From assembly GCA_027021705.1 (NCBI GenBank), contig JALUTT010000052.1:1-49849 (forward strand): DNA of 49,849 nucleotides. The letters are read 5' to 3'. Under the pieces are notes generated by a model. It had not been told where the DNA came from, did not search any database, and saw only the letters and a list, made by a program, of their open reading frames with translations. This document shows positions 16,160 to 24,396 of the stretch, piece by piece. The translations under genes were made by a program, and so were the position numbers. The stretch comes from Anaerolineae bacterium. Lineage in GTDB: Bacteria; Chloroflexota; Anaerolineae; S140-20. Positions within the stretch are counted from its first letter, which is position 1. Every line of letters starts with the position of its first letter.

Positions 16160-19100
16160 TCAAGGCGTCGGTGTCGCCTTCGGCGGGCGCGTTGGCGCAG
16201 GCGGGAGCGTCGGGGTCGGCGGCGCCGGCGTGGGCGTTGGGAGCGGCGTCGGCACCGGCGTCGCCGTCGGCGCCGGTGTCGGCGTCGGCGCGACCACCGT
16301 CACCACCACCCGCCCCTCGATCCGATTCCCCGCCTTGTCCACCGCCGTCACCCTCAGCGTGTAGGTCCCCGGCTCCAGGGAACGGGTGTCCCACTCTGTC
16401 AACACCCCGTCTACCACCGGCGTCAGGTGCGGCCCGCTGATCCAGCCCCAGCCCTGGGGGTCCATCCCCACGCCGTACTGGACCTCGTAACGGTCGAAGT
16501 TGGGCATCGTCACCCGCCCCATCACCCGGACCAGGCCCTGGACGACGGTGGAGCCGTTGGCCGGCTGGGTGATGACCACCTGGGGGCGCTCGGTGCCGGC
16601 GGTGCACTCGGCCTCCGGCGGCTCCTCCAGGGGGACGGCGAAGCCCCGGGCCTCGGCCCAGGCCCGCCCCGCCTCCGTCTCGTTCACCCACTTCCGCCCC
16701 TCCTCAGGCAGCACCAGGAAGACCTTCTCCACCACGTTCTCCTGGCAGAACTCGTTGGCCCGCAGGCCGGTGAAGGCGTCAATCCGCACCATCTGGTAGA
16801 AGTCGTAGCTCTCGTCCAGGGGAGGCTGGCCCTGGGCGAAGACCTCCCGCCGCCGGCGAGGGCAGTAGGGGGTGGGCATCGCGCCGGAGTCGGCGCAGAT
16901 CTCGTACTCGACGATCCCCTCGGGCCGCACGAAGTCGCGCACCGGCTGCCCTTCCAGCGCCGCTTCCATAAAGTCGTGCCAGATGGGCGTCGCCACCTGG
17001 TAGCCGCTCATCCCAGAGCCGATGGGGCGGTTGTCCGTGTTCCCCGCCCAGACGCCGACGACCAGGTCCGGCGTGTAACCGATGGTCCAGGTGTCGTAGA
17101 CGTGGTCCCGGTCGGTGCCCGAGGTGCCCGTCTTGACCGCCGCCGGGCGGGAGAGTTCCAGCAGGTTGGGACAGCCGAAGGCCGGGCAGCGGGCTTGGTT
17201 GTCGGCCAGGATGTCGGTGATCAGGTAGGCGTAGCGGGGGTCGAGGACCCGCCCTCCCCGCTGGCGGCCCACGATCTCCTGGTAGAGGGTGCCATCGGCG
17301 TACTCGATCCGCCGGATGGCCGTCGGCGGCACCCGGATGCCCTGGTTGGCGAAGACGGCGTAGGCCCCCGCCATCTCCAACAGCTTCACCTCGCCGCCGC
17401 CCAGGGTCAGCGAGAGGCCGTAGTCGTTGCGGGTCAGCGTGGTGATGCCCAGCCGGGCCGCCATCTCCTTCAGCCCCTCGACGGTGACGAACTGGAGCGC
17501 CTTGACCGCCGGGATGTTGTAGGAGTTGCCCAGGGCATCCCGTACCAGCACCGGCCCGTGGAAGCGATCGTCGTAGTTCTTGGGCACATAGGGCGGGTTG
17601 GGGCCGTTGGGGAACTCCGTCCGCACGTCCCAGATGAGGGTGGCCGGCGTCCAGCCCAGCTCAAAGGCCTTGACGTAGGTGAGGGGCTTGATGGAGGACC
17701 CGGGCTGGCGAGGCTGCAAGGCGACGTTGACCTGCCCATCAATGGTCTCATCGTAGAAGTCGAGGCTGCCCACCATGGCCAGGATCTCGCCGGTGTCAGG
17801 GCGGAGGACGACGATGGCTGCGTTGTCCACGCCGGCCTGGGCCAGCCGTTCCCGGTGGGCGGCCAGCGTCTCCTCGGCCAGGGCCTGGAGCCGGGGGTCC
17901 AGCGTCGTGTAGACGCGCAGCCCCACATCCCGGTAGAGGGCTTCCCGTCCCAGCTCGGCCTCCAGCTGCTGGCGGACGTAGGCGACGAAGTGGGGGGCGG
18001 GGAGATCGCGGCGGGGCGGCTTCAGGTCGCCGATGCGGGCTTCCATTTCGGCCTGGGCCGCCGCCGCCTGGTCCGGCGTGATGTAGCCCGCCTCCACCAT
18101 CAGGGCGAGCACCTGCTGCTGCCGCCGGAGCGCCCCCTCAGGATTGGTGAAGGGGTCCCAGGTCGCCGGGGCTTGGGGCAGGCCGGCCAGCAGCGATGCC
18201 TCGGCCAGGTTCAGGTCCCGCGCCCGTTTCTGGAAGTAGGTCTCGGCCGCCGCCTCGATGCCATAGGCCAGGTTGCCGTAGTTGATCTCGTTCAGGTAGA
18301 TCTCCAGGATCTCGTCCTTGCTGTAGCGGCGGGTCAGTTCGGTGGCCAGGACAGCTTCCTTGATCTTGCGGCTCAACGTCCGCTGGGTCCGCTCCTGGGG
18401 GGAGAGGAGCAGGTTGCGGGCCACCTGCTGGGTGATGGTGCTGGCCCCGGAGACGGCGTCCCGGGCCTTCACGTTCTGGTAGACGGCCCGCAGGATGGCC
18501 AGGGGGTTAAAGCCCGGATGGCGGTAGAAATCCCGGTCCTCGGTGGCGATGGTGGCCTGGATCAGGTAGGGGGAGATCTCCGAGAGGGGGACACGGGTGC
18601 GCCGCCCCCCCTGGGGGTCCACCAACTCCCAGAGCAGGTTGCCCTCCCGATCGAAGAGCTTGGTGCTGACGAAGGTGGTCTCCCGCAGCCGCAGCTCCTC
18701 GGGGGCCGGGAGCCGGCCGGCCAGGTAGATGTAGCCGGCCGTGGCGACGGCGACGGCGGCGAAGAAGAGGATGACCAGGAGCGCGACACTGAACAGGAAG
18801 AGCCGCACCAGACAGCCGGCGCCGGTGCGGGCGACCGCCGGACGCCGGCTCCGGGGGGGGATGGGGGGCGGGGTGGGGCGGGGGGCAACCGGGACGGGAG
18901 GACGGTAGCCCGTCCGCTGAGGAGGCGGGATCGGTGTGCCCCGTCGGGGGGAAGGAAGGGGTGGGGAGGCCGGCGGTTGGGCAGGCCGGGGGGTCGTCTC
19001 CGTCGTCATCGCCACCTCGGGGGGCTCCGCCGCAGAGGGCGTCTCCCCCGAGCCCAGCATCGGGGGGCGGGAGGGACGGCGCACGGCCGGCGAGGGCTGG

Positions 19101-19285
19101 GTATCGTCTAGCGACCCCGGCTTCTCCTCGCTCCCGCGCCGCACCTTCCGCATCCCCTCCCGGCTCAACCAACTGCGCAGGGGACGGCTGGGCACCGTCG
19201 GCATCTCGTCCGTGGGCTCCTCGGCCTCGGCCGATTCCGTTTCCGCGAACTCCGGTTCCCGCTCACCATCCATCGGCTCGCTCAT
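16160..19285 (-). CDS. Class A penicillin-binding protein (PBP1A family) with Pro-rich N-terminus and PT-rich tail
   Basis: Transglycosylase motifs ATEDRDFYRHPG, GASTITQQVARN, RKIKE; transpeptidase motifs GSSIKP (SxxK), SYN, KTGT. ATG at 19285 follows a GGAGG RBS; the ORF track extends to 19348. Confidence 0.95.
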   Translation of the reverse strand: MSEPMDGEREPEFAETESAEAEEPTDEMPTVPSRPLRSWLSREGMRKVRRGSEEKPGSLDDTQPSPAVRRPSRPPMLGSGETPSAAEPPEVAMTTETTPRPAQPPASPPLPSPRRGTPIPPPQRTGYRPPVPVAPRPTPPPIPPRSRRPAVARTGAGCLVRLFLFSVALLVILFFAAVAVATAGYIYLAGRLPAPEELRLRETTFVSTKLFDREGNLLWELVDPQGGRRTRVPLSEISPYLIQATIATEDRDFYRHPGFNPLAILRAVYQNVKARDAVSGASTITQQVARNLLLSPQERTQRTLSRKIKEAVLATELTRRYSKDEILEIYLNEINYGNLAYGIEAAAETYFQKRARDLNLAEASLLAGLPQAPATWDPFTNPEGALRRQQQVLALMVEAGYITPDQAAAAQAEMEARIGDLKPPRRDLPAPHFVAYVRQQLEAELGREALYRDVGLRVYTTLDPRLQALAEETLAAHRERLAQAGVDNAAIVVLRPDTGEILAMVGSLDFYDETIDGQVNVALQPRQPGSSIKPLTYVKAFELGWTPATLIWDVRTEFPNGPNPPYVPKNYDDRFHGPVLVRDALGNSYNIPAVKALQFVTVEGLKEMAARLGITTLTRNDYGLSLTLGGGEVKLLEMAGAYAVFANQGIRVPPTAIRRIEYADGTLYQEIVGRQRGGRVLDPRYAYLITDILADNQARCPAFGCPNLLELSRPAAVKTGTSGTDRDHVYDTWTIGYTPDLVVGVWAGNTDNRPIGSGMSGYQVATPIWHDFMEAALEGQPVRDFVRPEGIVEYEICADSGAMPTPYCPRRRREVFAQGQPPLDESYDFYQMVRIDAFTGLRANEFCQENVVEKVFLVLPEEGRKWVNETEAGRAWAEARGFAVPLEEPPEAECTAGTERPQVVITQPANGSTVVQGLVRVMGRVTMPNFDRYEVQYGVGMDPQGWGWISGPHLTPVVDGVLTEWDTRSLEPGTYTLRVTAVDKAGNRIEGRVVVTVVAPTPTPAPTATPVPTPLPTPTPAPPTPTLPPAPTRPPKATPTP

Positions 19286-19375
19286 CCCTTCCTCCATCCA
19301 TATCCGCATATCCAGCGCATCCGGGCGCATCCCACCGCGCCCTGCCATCGCCCCTCACGCAACAAGCAACACCGC

Positions 19376-20281
19376 TCACGCCCTCCGCCCCCCTCCCCGC
19401 CAATGCTTCCCCGTCTCCGGGTCCACGAAGAGGTTCCCCAACCGCAGGGCATCCACCCCGTCCAGGCCCGGCAGCGGGGTGCGGACGGTCAGGGTCCGGG
19501 TAGCCCGGTCGTGGTCCATAAGGACGCCCAAGGCCAGGGCGAAGCCCCGCGCATCCTCGAAGGCGAGGAGCCGGCGAGGTAGAAAGCCCATCCCCCCGAA
19601 GAGGGCCAGCCGGTCCCAGCGCACCGCCAGGTCGCGGGCCTGGGCGAAGTAGTCCCGGAAGCGGGTGATCCGATGGGCTTGGCGGACGGGGAGGGGCCGC
19701 CGCCGGACCGCCGGAGCGACGGGCATCTCGATGACGCGGACCCGCCGGCTCCTCCGCAGCGGGAAGAGGATGGGCTCCAACTCCCTCTGCCGGGCCAGGG
19801 CGAAGACGACGGTGGGCTCCAGAAGGGCGATGAGGGCCTCCTTCAGGGCTACTCCGCCCCGGTCGGGGGCGACCAGCCCGGTCGTGTCCACAACCACGGC
19901 CTTCGCGCCTTGGGCGATGGCCTCCCGCTGGAGGCGCGAGGCCCCCACCACCAGGGGGAGCATGTGGCCCCGAGGAGAGATGTTGCCCACGAAGACCCGC
20001 CGGCGGAGGCCGGCCGGCGGAAAGGTTGTCTCCCCTTCGCCCACCACCAGCGTCATCGTCGTCGGCGGTCCCAGCGTCGCCTGGCCCACGTCGCCGTCCA
20101 GGAAGGCAACCCGTCCGTGCACCTCCGCCAGCCGCCGGAAGAGGTAGCGGGCGAAGGTGGACTTGCCGCTGTCGGGAGCGCCGATAACCAGCAGCGTTCC
20201 CTGCAGCGGGGCCACATCCAGCCGCCGCCACCGCTCTGGCACCTGCAAGGCCATGGGGGAAGCCGTTGCGCTCGCCTCCAT
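19376..20281 (-). CDS. Clp1/Nol9(Grc3)-family polynucleotide 5'-OH kinase
   Basis: P-loop GAPDSGKST, LDGDVGQATLGPP, VVDTTG, and lid-like RRRPLPVRQAHR..RFRDYF. Confidence 0.85.
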   Translation of the reverse strand: MEASATASPMALQVPERWRRLDVAPLQGTLLVIGAPDSGKSTFARYLFRRLAEVHGRVAFLDGDVGQATLGPPTTMTLVVGEGETTFPPAGLRRRVFVGNISPRGHMLPLVVGASRLQREAIAQGAKAVVVDTTGLVAPDRGGVALKEALIALLEPTVVFALARQRELEPILFPLRRSRRVRVIEMPVAPAVRRRPLPVRQAHRITRFRDYFAQARDLAVRWDRLALFGGMGFLPRRLLAFEDARGFALALGVLMDHDRATRTLTVRTPLPGLDGVDALRLGNLFVDPETGKHWRGGGRRA

Positions 20282-20289
20282 CGCAGTTC

Positions 20290-20350
20290 CACGCCTTACG
20301 TTTCACGCCTTACGTTTCACGCCTTACGTTTCACGCCTGACGCTTTACGC
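20290..20350. repeat. Short tandem repeat (CACGCCTTACGTTT x3 plus a degenerate copy)
   Basis: Fills the HAD-Clp1 intergenic gap; the 14-mer is made of two 7-mers. Confidence 0.9.
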
Positions 20351-20354
20351 CCAC

Positions 20355-21095
20355 CTACCACCCGGTGATCACCCCGGGCAGTTCCCCCAGCCGCTCGACA
20401 ACCGCCTCCGGGATGATCCGGCCCTCGTGCTCGGCGTTGTCGCTGATGGGGCTGAAGCGGTGGACCCAGATGGCCCGCATCCCGGCCCGGTGGGCGCCCA
20501 GCACGTCGGCCGAGAGGGTGTCGCCGACGACGACGACCTCCGACGGGGGGAGCGCCCAGGTCTCCAGGATGAGCCGAAAGGGGCGCGGGTGGGGCTTGCG
20601 CAGCCCCAGGCCGGCCGAGGTGTGGATGGGGTCGAACCAAGGGCGCAGGCCGCTCCGGTCCACGATCCGCCGGACGTGGCTGTCGTCGTTGGTGTTGGAG
20701 AGGATGGCCAGGCGGTAACCGGCCTCCCGCAGCCGTTCCACCGTCTCAAAGGTGTCCTCGTAGGGCTCCCAGTAGTCGGCCAGGAGGGCGTAGAGGGCCT
20801 GGTGGGCGCTGTCCAGCAGGCTGTCGGGCAGGCCATCGGGCAGCGCCTCGCGCAGGGCCCGGAGCAGGGCCAGCCGGGCCGGGTACTCGTACAGGAGCGG
20901 GGTGCCCACCTCGCGCAGGATTTGCTGGTGGGCCTGGAAGCGCCGGTAGAGGTCCGGGGCCTCGATGGGCAAGCCATAGCGGGCCAGGCACGCCCCCAGC
21001 GCCGCGATCCGCCGGGGCTCCACCTCCCGCTCGTAGTCGGCCACGAAGTCCACCAGCGTCCAACCCAGGTCGAAGATAATGCCTTGTACGGTCAT
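20355..21095 (-). CDS. HAD-superfamily hydrolase (subfamily IA)
   Basis: IIFDLGWTL (motif I), ILSNT, RKPHPRPF, VGDTLSADVLGAHRAGM. Confidence 0.92.
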   Translation of the reverse strand: MTVQGIIFDLGWTLVDFVADYEREVEPRRIAALGACLARYGLPIEAPDLYRRFQAHQQILREVGTPLLYEYPARLALLRALREALPDGLPDSLLDSAHQALYALLADYWEPYEDTFETVERLREAGYRLAILSNTNDDSHVRRIVDRSGLRPWFDPIHTSAGLGLRKPHPRPFRLILETWALPPSEVVVVGDTLSADVLGAHRAGMRAIWVHRFSPISDNAEHEGRIIPEAVVERLGELPGVITGW

Positions 21096-21107
21096 CGTAC
21101 CTCTAGG

Positions 21108-23759
21108 TTAGGACCTTTGCTCCTCCGTAGGGACCTCTACCCCGCAGCAACTCGCCATCGCCTCGGCCACGATCTGCCGGATCTCCCGGAGGCGGCGCGG
21201 GGTGCGGGCCTCGAAGCGGAGGGAGAGCTTGGGCTCGGTGTTGGAAGCCCGGACCAGCGCCCAGCCGTCGCCGAAGTCCACCCGCACCCCATCAATGTCC
21301 AGGATCGGCCAGTGGTCCAGGAAGTGGTCGCGCACCGCCTCGACGATCTGGAACTTGCGGGCGTCGGCGCAGGGGATGCGGATCTCCGGCGTGCTGACGT
21401 AGCGGGGCAGGCTCGCCACCAGCGCCGAGAGGGGGGCGTCCTCCGAGGCGATGTAGGCCAGCAGCCGGGCCGCGCCGAAGATGGCGTCGCTGTAGCCGAC
21501 GGGCGGGTCATCGAAGAGGAGGTGGCCGCTGAGTTCGCCCCCCAACACCGCCTTCTCCTGGCGCATCCGCTCGGCGACGAAGGCCCCGCCACACTTGCTC
21601 ATCACCGGGATCCCCCCGCAGCGGACGATCTCGTCCACTAGGGCCTGGGAGCACTTGACCTCGAAGACGATCTTGGCCGGCCCCTTCCGCAGCAGGTCGC
21701 GGGCCAGCAGGGCCAGGTACTGGTCGGGGAGCACGATCTCCCCCCGCTCGTCCACCACCCCCAGCCGGTCCCCGTCGCCGTCGAAGGCCAGCCCCAGGTC
21801 GGCGCCCACCTCCCGCACCCGCCGGGAGAGGTCGCGCAGGTTATCGGCCACCGCCGGGTCGGGGGGGTGGTGGGGGAAGTGGCCGTCGGGCTGACAGTAG
21901 AGGGAGACCACCGAGCAGCCCAGCCGTTCCATCAGGCGGACGGCCAGGGGGCCGGCCACCCCGTTCCCCCCGTCAATGACGATCCGCAGCGGTCGCCGGA
22001 GCTGGACCTTGCTCTCGACGCAGGCGATGTAGTCCTCCTCGACCTCCCGCTGGGTCAGCGTCCCCTCCCGGCCCCCGATGAGGGCGTTGCGGGCGATGAG
22101 GCGCTCCAGGTACTGGAGCTCCTGACCGGCCAGGGCCTGGGCCCCCACCTGGAACTTGAGGCCGTTGAACTCGGCCGGGTTGTGGCTGGCCGTCACCATC
22201 ACGCCGCCGGCCGTGAAGAGGTGGTTGGCGGCGAAGGAGAGGACAGGTGTCGGCACCTGCCCCACGTCAATCACCTCGCAGCCGGCCTGGAGCAGCCCCC
22301 GGATGACCGCCTGCTGGAAGTCGGCCGAGGTGAGCCGCACGTCGCGCCCTGTGACGATCCGGTTGCGCCCCGTCTGCCGCTGCACGAAGGTACCGAAAGC
22401 CTGGCCCATCACCTCCATCACGCTGGCGTTGACCTCGGCGCCGGCGACGCCCCGCACGTCGTAGGCCCGGAAGGCGGCCCGGCTCACCGAGAGGCGGGTC
22501 TGGAGGGCGTAGTTGTAGAGCAGGTCCAGGATCGCCTCGGAGAGGCGGGCCGGGTCGTGGCGCAGCACCACCCGCCGATCCCCCTCGGGCATCTCCTCCT
22601 CGACCTCGACGGTCATCTCCCGCTCCACCAGGATCGCCCCCTCGATCAGCACCACCTCCTCGGGGGTCCCCTCGAAGAGGACGATCTGGGAGCGGCCCGT
22701 GGGGTCCCTCACCGGCACCGGCTGGGCCGACTGGCCCTGGTAGCGGGCCAGGATCGCCGGGTCCACCCCCTCGGTGGGGCTGACCAGCACGTAGTCCAGC
22801 TTGAAGCCGCAGTGCTCCTGGATGGCCCGCACGTGGTCGGCGACGGTGAACCCCTCCGTCTGGCCAGGCTGGGTCATAATGTTGCAGACGAAGACCTTGC
22901 GGGCCTGGCTCTCTCGGATCGCCTGGTTGATGGGCGGGATGAGGAGGGTGGGGATCAGGTTGGTGAAGAGGGAGCCGGGGCCGATGACGATGACGTCGGC
23001 CTGCTCGATGGCCCGAATCACCTCGGCGGTGGGTTGGATCGTCTCCGGTCGCCCCTGGTCCGGCTTCAGGAAGACCCGGCGGATGGGCGCGCCGGTCTTG
23101 CGAGCGGCGATGGCCGCCTCCCCCTCCAGGACGGTGCCGTCGGCGAACTCAGCCACCACCTCCACCCGGTCCAGGGTGGGGAAGAGGACCTCGTCGGCGG
23201 TGATGCCCAGGATGGTCCGCAGTCGAGCGAAGGCCGGTCCGCTGTTGACCGGCGGCAGGACGCCGACGATCTCCCAGGGGACCTGGTCGGCGATGCCCAG
23301 CAGGATGGAGAGGCCGTGGGTGCCGGCGAAGACGACGACCTGGGGCCGATGACGAGGGGTGTAGTAGCGGTAGAAGAGGTCCAACACCCCCCGCTCCCGG
23401 CCTGAGCGGGCGGTCGGGGCCAGCAGGGGGGCCAGCAGCCGCTGGCTCAGCTTAACGAAGGAGAGGAGGGTGAGGGTGATGCCCAGGCAGCCGACCAGGA
23501 GCCCCCGCTGGAAGCGGGGGATGAACTGGAGCGTCAGGTAGTAGACGAAGGGAGGGAAGGTGAGGGAGCGGTAGAGCTCGACAAGGATGTAGGCCACGCC
23601 CAGCCCTGAGAGGAGCACGCCGACGAAGAGCCCCAGGATCCAGCGTTTGATCCGCATCCCGGGCCGCAGCAGGGCCAGGAGCTTCCCCTTCGTGAGCGGC
23701 GGTCGTGGTCTCAGGCGCTTCCCTTTCAACGTTTTCCTCACGGCAAGGCTCGTTTTCAA
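21108..23759 (-). CDS. Fusion of a membrane-anchored YvcK/GlmR (CofD-like) domain and a phosphomannomutase/phosphoglucomutase
   Basis: N-half: LRPGMRIKRW plus 2 TM, ADVIVIGPGSLFTNLIP, VCNIMTQPGQT, RHDP. C-half: FRAYDVRG, TASHNP, FDGDGDR, GGELSGH, VRASNTEP. One uninterrupted 883-aa frame. Confidence 0.88.
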   Translation of the reverse strand: MKTSLAVRKTLKGKRLRPRPPLTKGKLLALLRPGMRIKRWILGLFVGVLLSGLGVAYILVELYRSLTFPPFVYYLTLQFIPRFQRGLLVGCLGITLTLLSFVKLSQRLLAPLLAPTARSGRERGVLDLFYRYYTPRHRPQVVVFAGTHGLSILLGIADQVPWEIVGVLPPVNSGPAFARLRTILGITADEVLFPTLDRVEVVAEFADGTVLEGEAAIAARKTGAPIRRVFLKPDQGRPETIQPTAEVIRAIEQADVIVIGPGSLFTNLIPTLLIPPINQAIRESQARKVFVCNIMTQPGQTEGFTVADHVRAIQEHCGFKLDYVLVSPTEGVDPAILARYQGQSAQPVPVRDPTGRSQIVLFEGTPEEVVLIEGAILVEREMTVEVEEEMPEGDRRVVLRHDPARLSEAILDLLYNYALQTRLSVSRAAFRAYDVRGVAGAEVNASVMEVMGQAFGTFVQRQTGRNRIVTGRDVRLTSADFQQAVIRGLLQAGCEVIDVGQVPTPVLSFAANHLFTAGGVMVTASHNPAEFNGLKFQVGAQALAGQELQYLERLIARNALIGGREGTLTQREVEEDYIACVESKVQLRRPLRIVIDGGNGVAGPLAVRLMERLGCSVVSLYCQPDGHFPHHPPDPAVADNLRDLSRRVREVGADLGLAFDGDGDRLGVVDERGEIVLPDQYLALLARDLLRKGPAKIVFEVKCSQALVDEIVRCGGIPVMSKCGGAFVAERMRQEKAVLGGELSGHLLFDDPPVGYSDAIFGAARLLAYIASEDAPLSALVASLPRYVSTPEIRIPCADARKFQIVEAVRDHFLDHWPILDIDGVRVDFGDGWALVRASNTEPKLSLRFEARTPRRLREIRQIVAEAMASCCGVEVPTEEQRS

Positions 23760-23780
23760 AGGATACCGTACACTCCCGTC

Positions 23781-23808
23781 ATTATAACCGGGATTGGGCA
23801 GGCGTCAA
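23781..23808 (-). promoter_or_regulatory. Sigma70-type promoter for the yvcK-pmm / HAD / clp1 / PBP cluster
   Basis: TTGACG-N16-TATAAT on the minus strand, 21 nt upstream of the start codon. Confidence 0.7.
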
Positions 23809-23837
23809 CGTGCTAAAGCTGCCAATGGCAAACTCCG

Positions 23838-23991
23838 CGGTGATTACCCACAAGTGAGCGAGAGAGTGGTCCGTAGCAGGCCGTCCACGAATTTCTCACC
23901 AATGCACGAATGAGGCGGTCCTTAATTCGTGTATTCGTGCCCCATTCGTGGACGGCTCGTCTCCCTATCTCCAAAGATATGGGTAATCACC
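23838..23991. mobile_element. MITE-like element (154 bp) with 13-bp terminal inverted repeats and internal CACGAAT/ATTCGTG hairpin
   Basis: CGGTGATTACCCA ... TGGGTAATCACCG; second copy at 14911..15056. Confidence 0.8.
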
Positions 23992-24004
23992 GGGAAACTC
24001 CTTC

Positions 24005-24033
24005 TTGACAGACGGCGTGGTCTCGTGTATAAT
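24005..24033 (+). promoter_or_regulatory. Consensus sigma70-type promoter
   Basis: TTGACA-N17-TATAAT, a perfect match. Confidence 0.85.
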
Positions 24034-24080
24034 CTGGGCGTCCCACCAACCCCATCTCACCCCGACCGGGGAGGTCACGA

Positions 24081-24161
24081 ATGGGTAACTCCGGCACGAT
24101 TCAGACCCGACGGCGCAGCGCCCCTGCGTCCCAGGGTGAAGTGCGCCCATTCGTGGACTGA
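24081..24161 (+). CDS. Putative 26-aa leader peptide MGNSGTIQTRRRSAPASQGEVRPFVD
   Basis: GGAGG at 24070-24074, ATG at 24081, TGA at 24159-24161; lies between a perfect promoter and a terminator. Confidence 0.5.
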   Translation: MGNSGTIQTRRRSAPASQGEVRPFVD

Positions 24162-24183
24162 GATCCCCCTCTCCACCTCCCCC

Positions 24184-24223
24184 AGCCGTGGGCGCACCCA
24201 CCCGCGCCCACGGCTTCTTTTTT
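24184..24223 (+). terminator. Intrinsic terminator or attenuator hairpin in the GNAT leader
   Basis: 12-bp stem AGCCGTGGGCGC / GCGCCCACGGCT, 8-nt loop, then TCTTTTTT. Confidence 0.8.
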
Positions 24224-24396
24224 CCCTAACTTTCCATCTGGGATCTCCCTCCAAGCCGTGGGCGTACCCGCCGGTGCCCGGCGGACTTGCGATCCGCCTG
24301 GGACATCAAAGCCGGGGCGGGAGCGCCAACTCCCGGGAACCCCACCCCTGATCTCTTCCGTGTTCTGTGTGCCTTGTGACTGGATGGAGAGAAACG

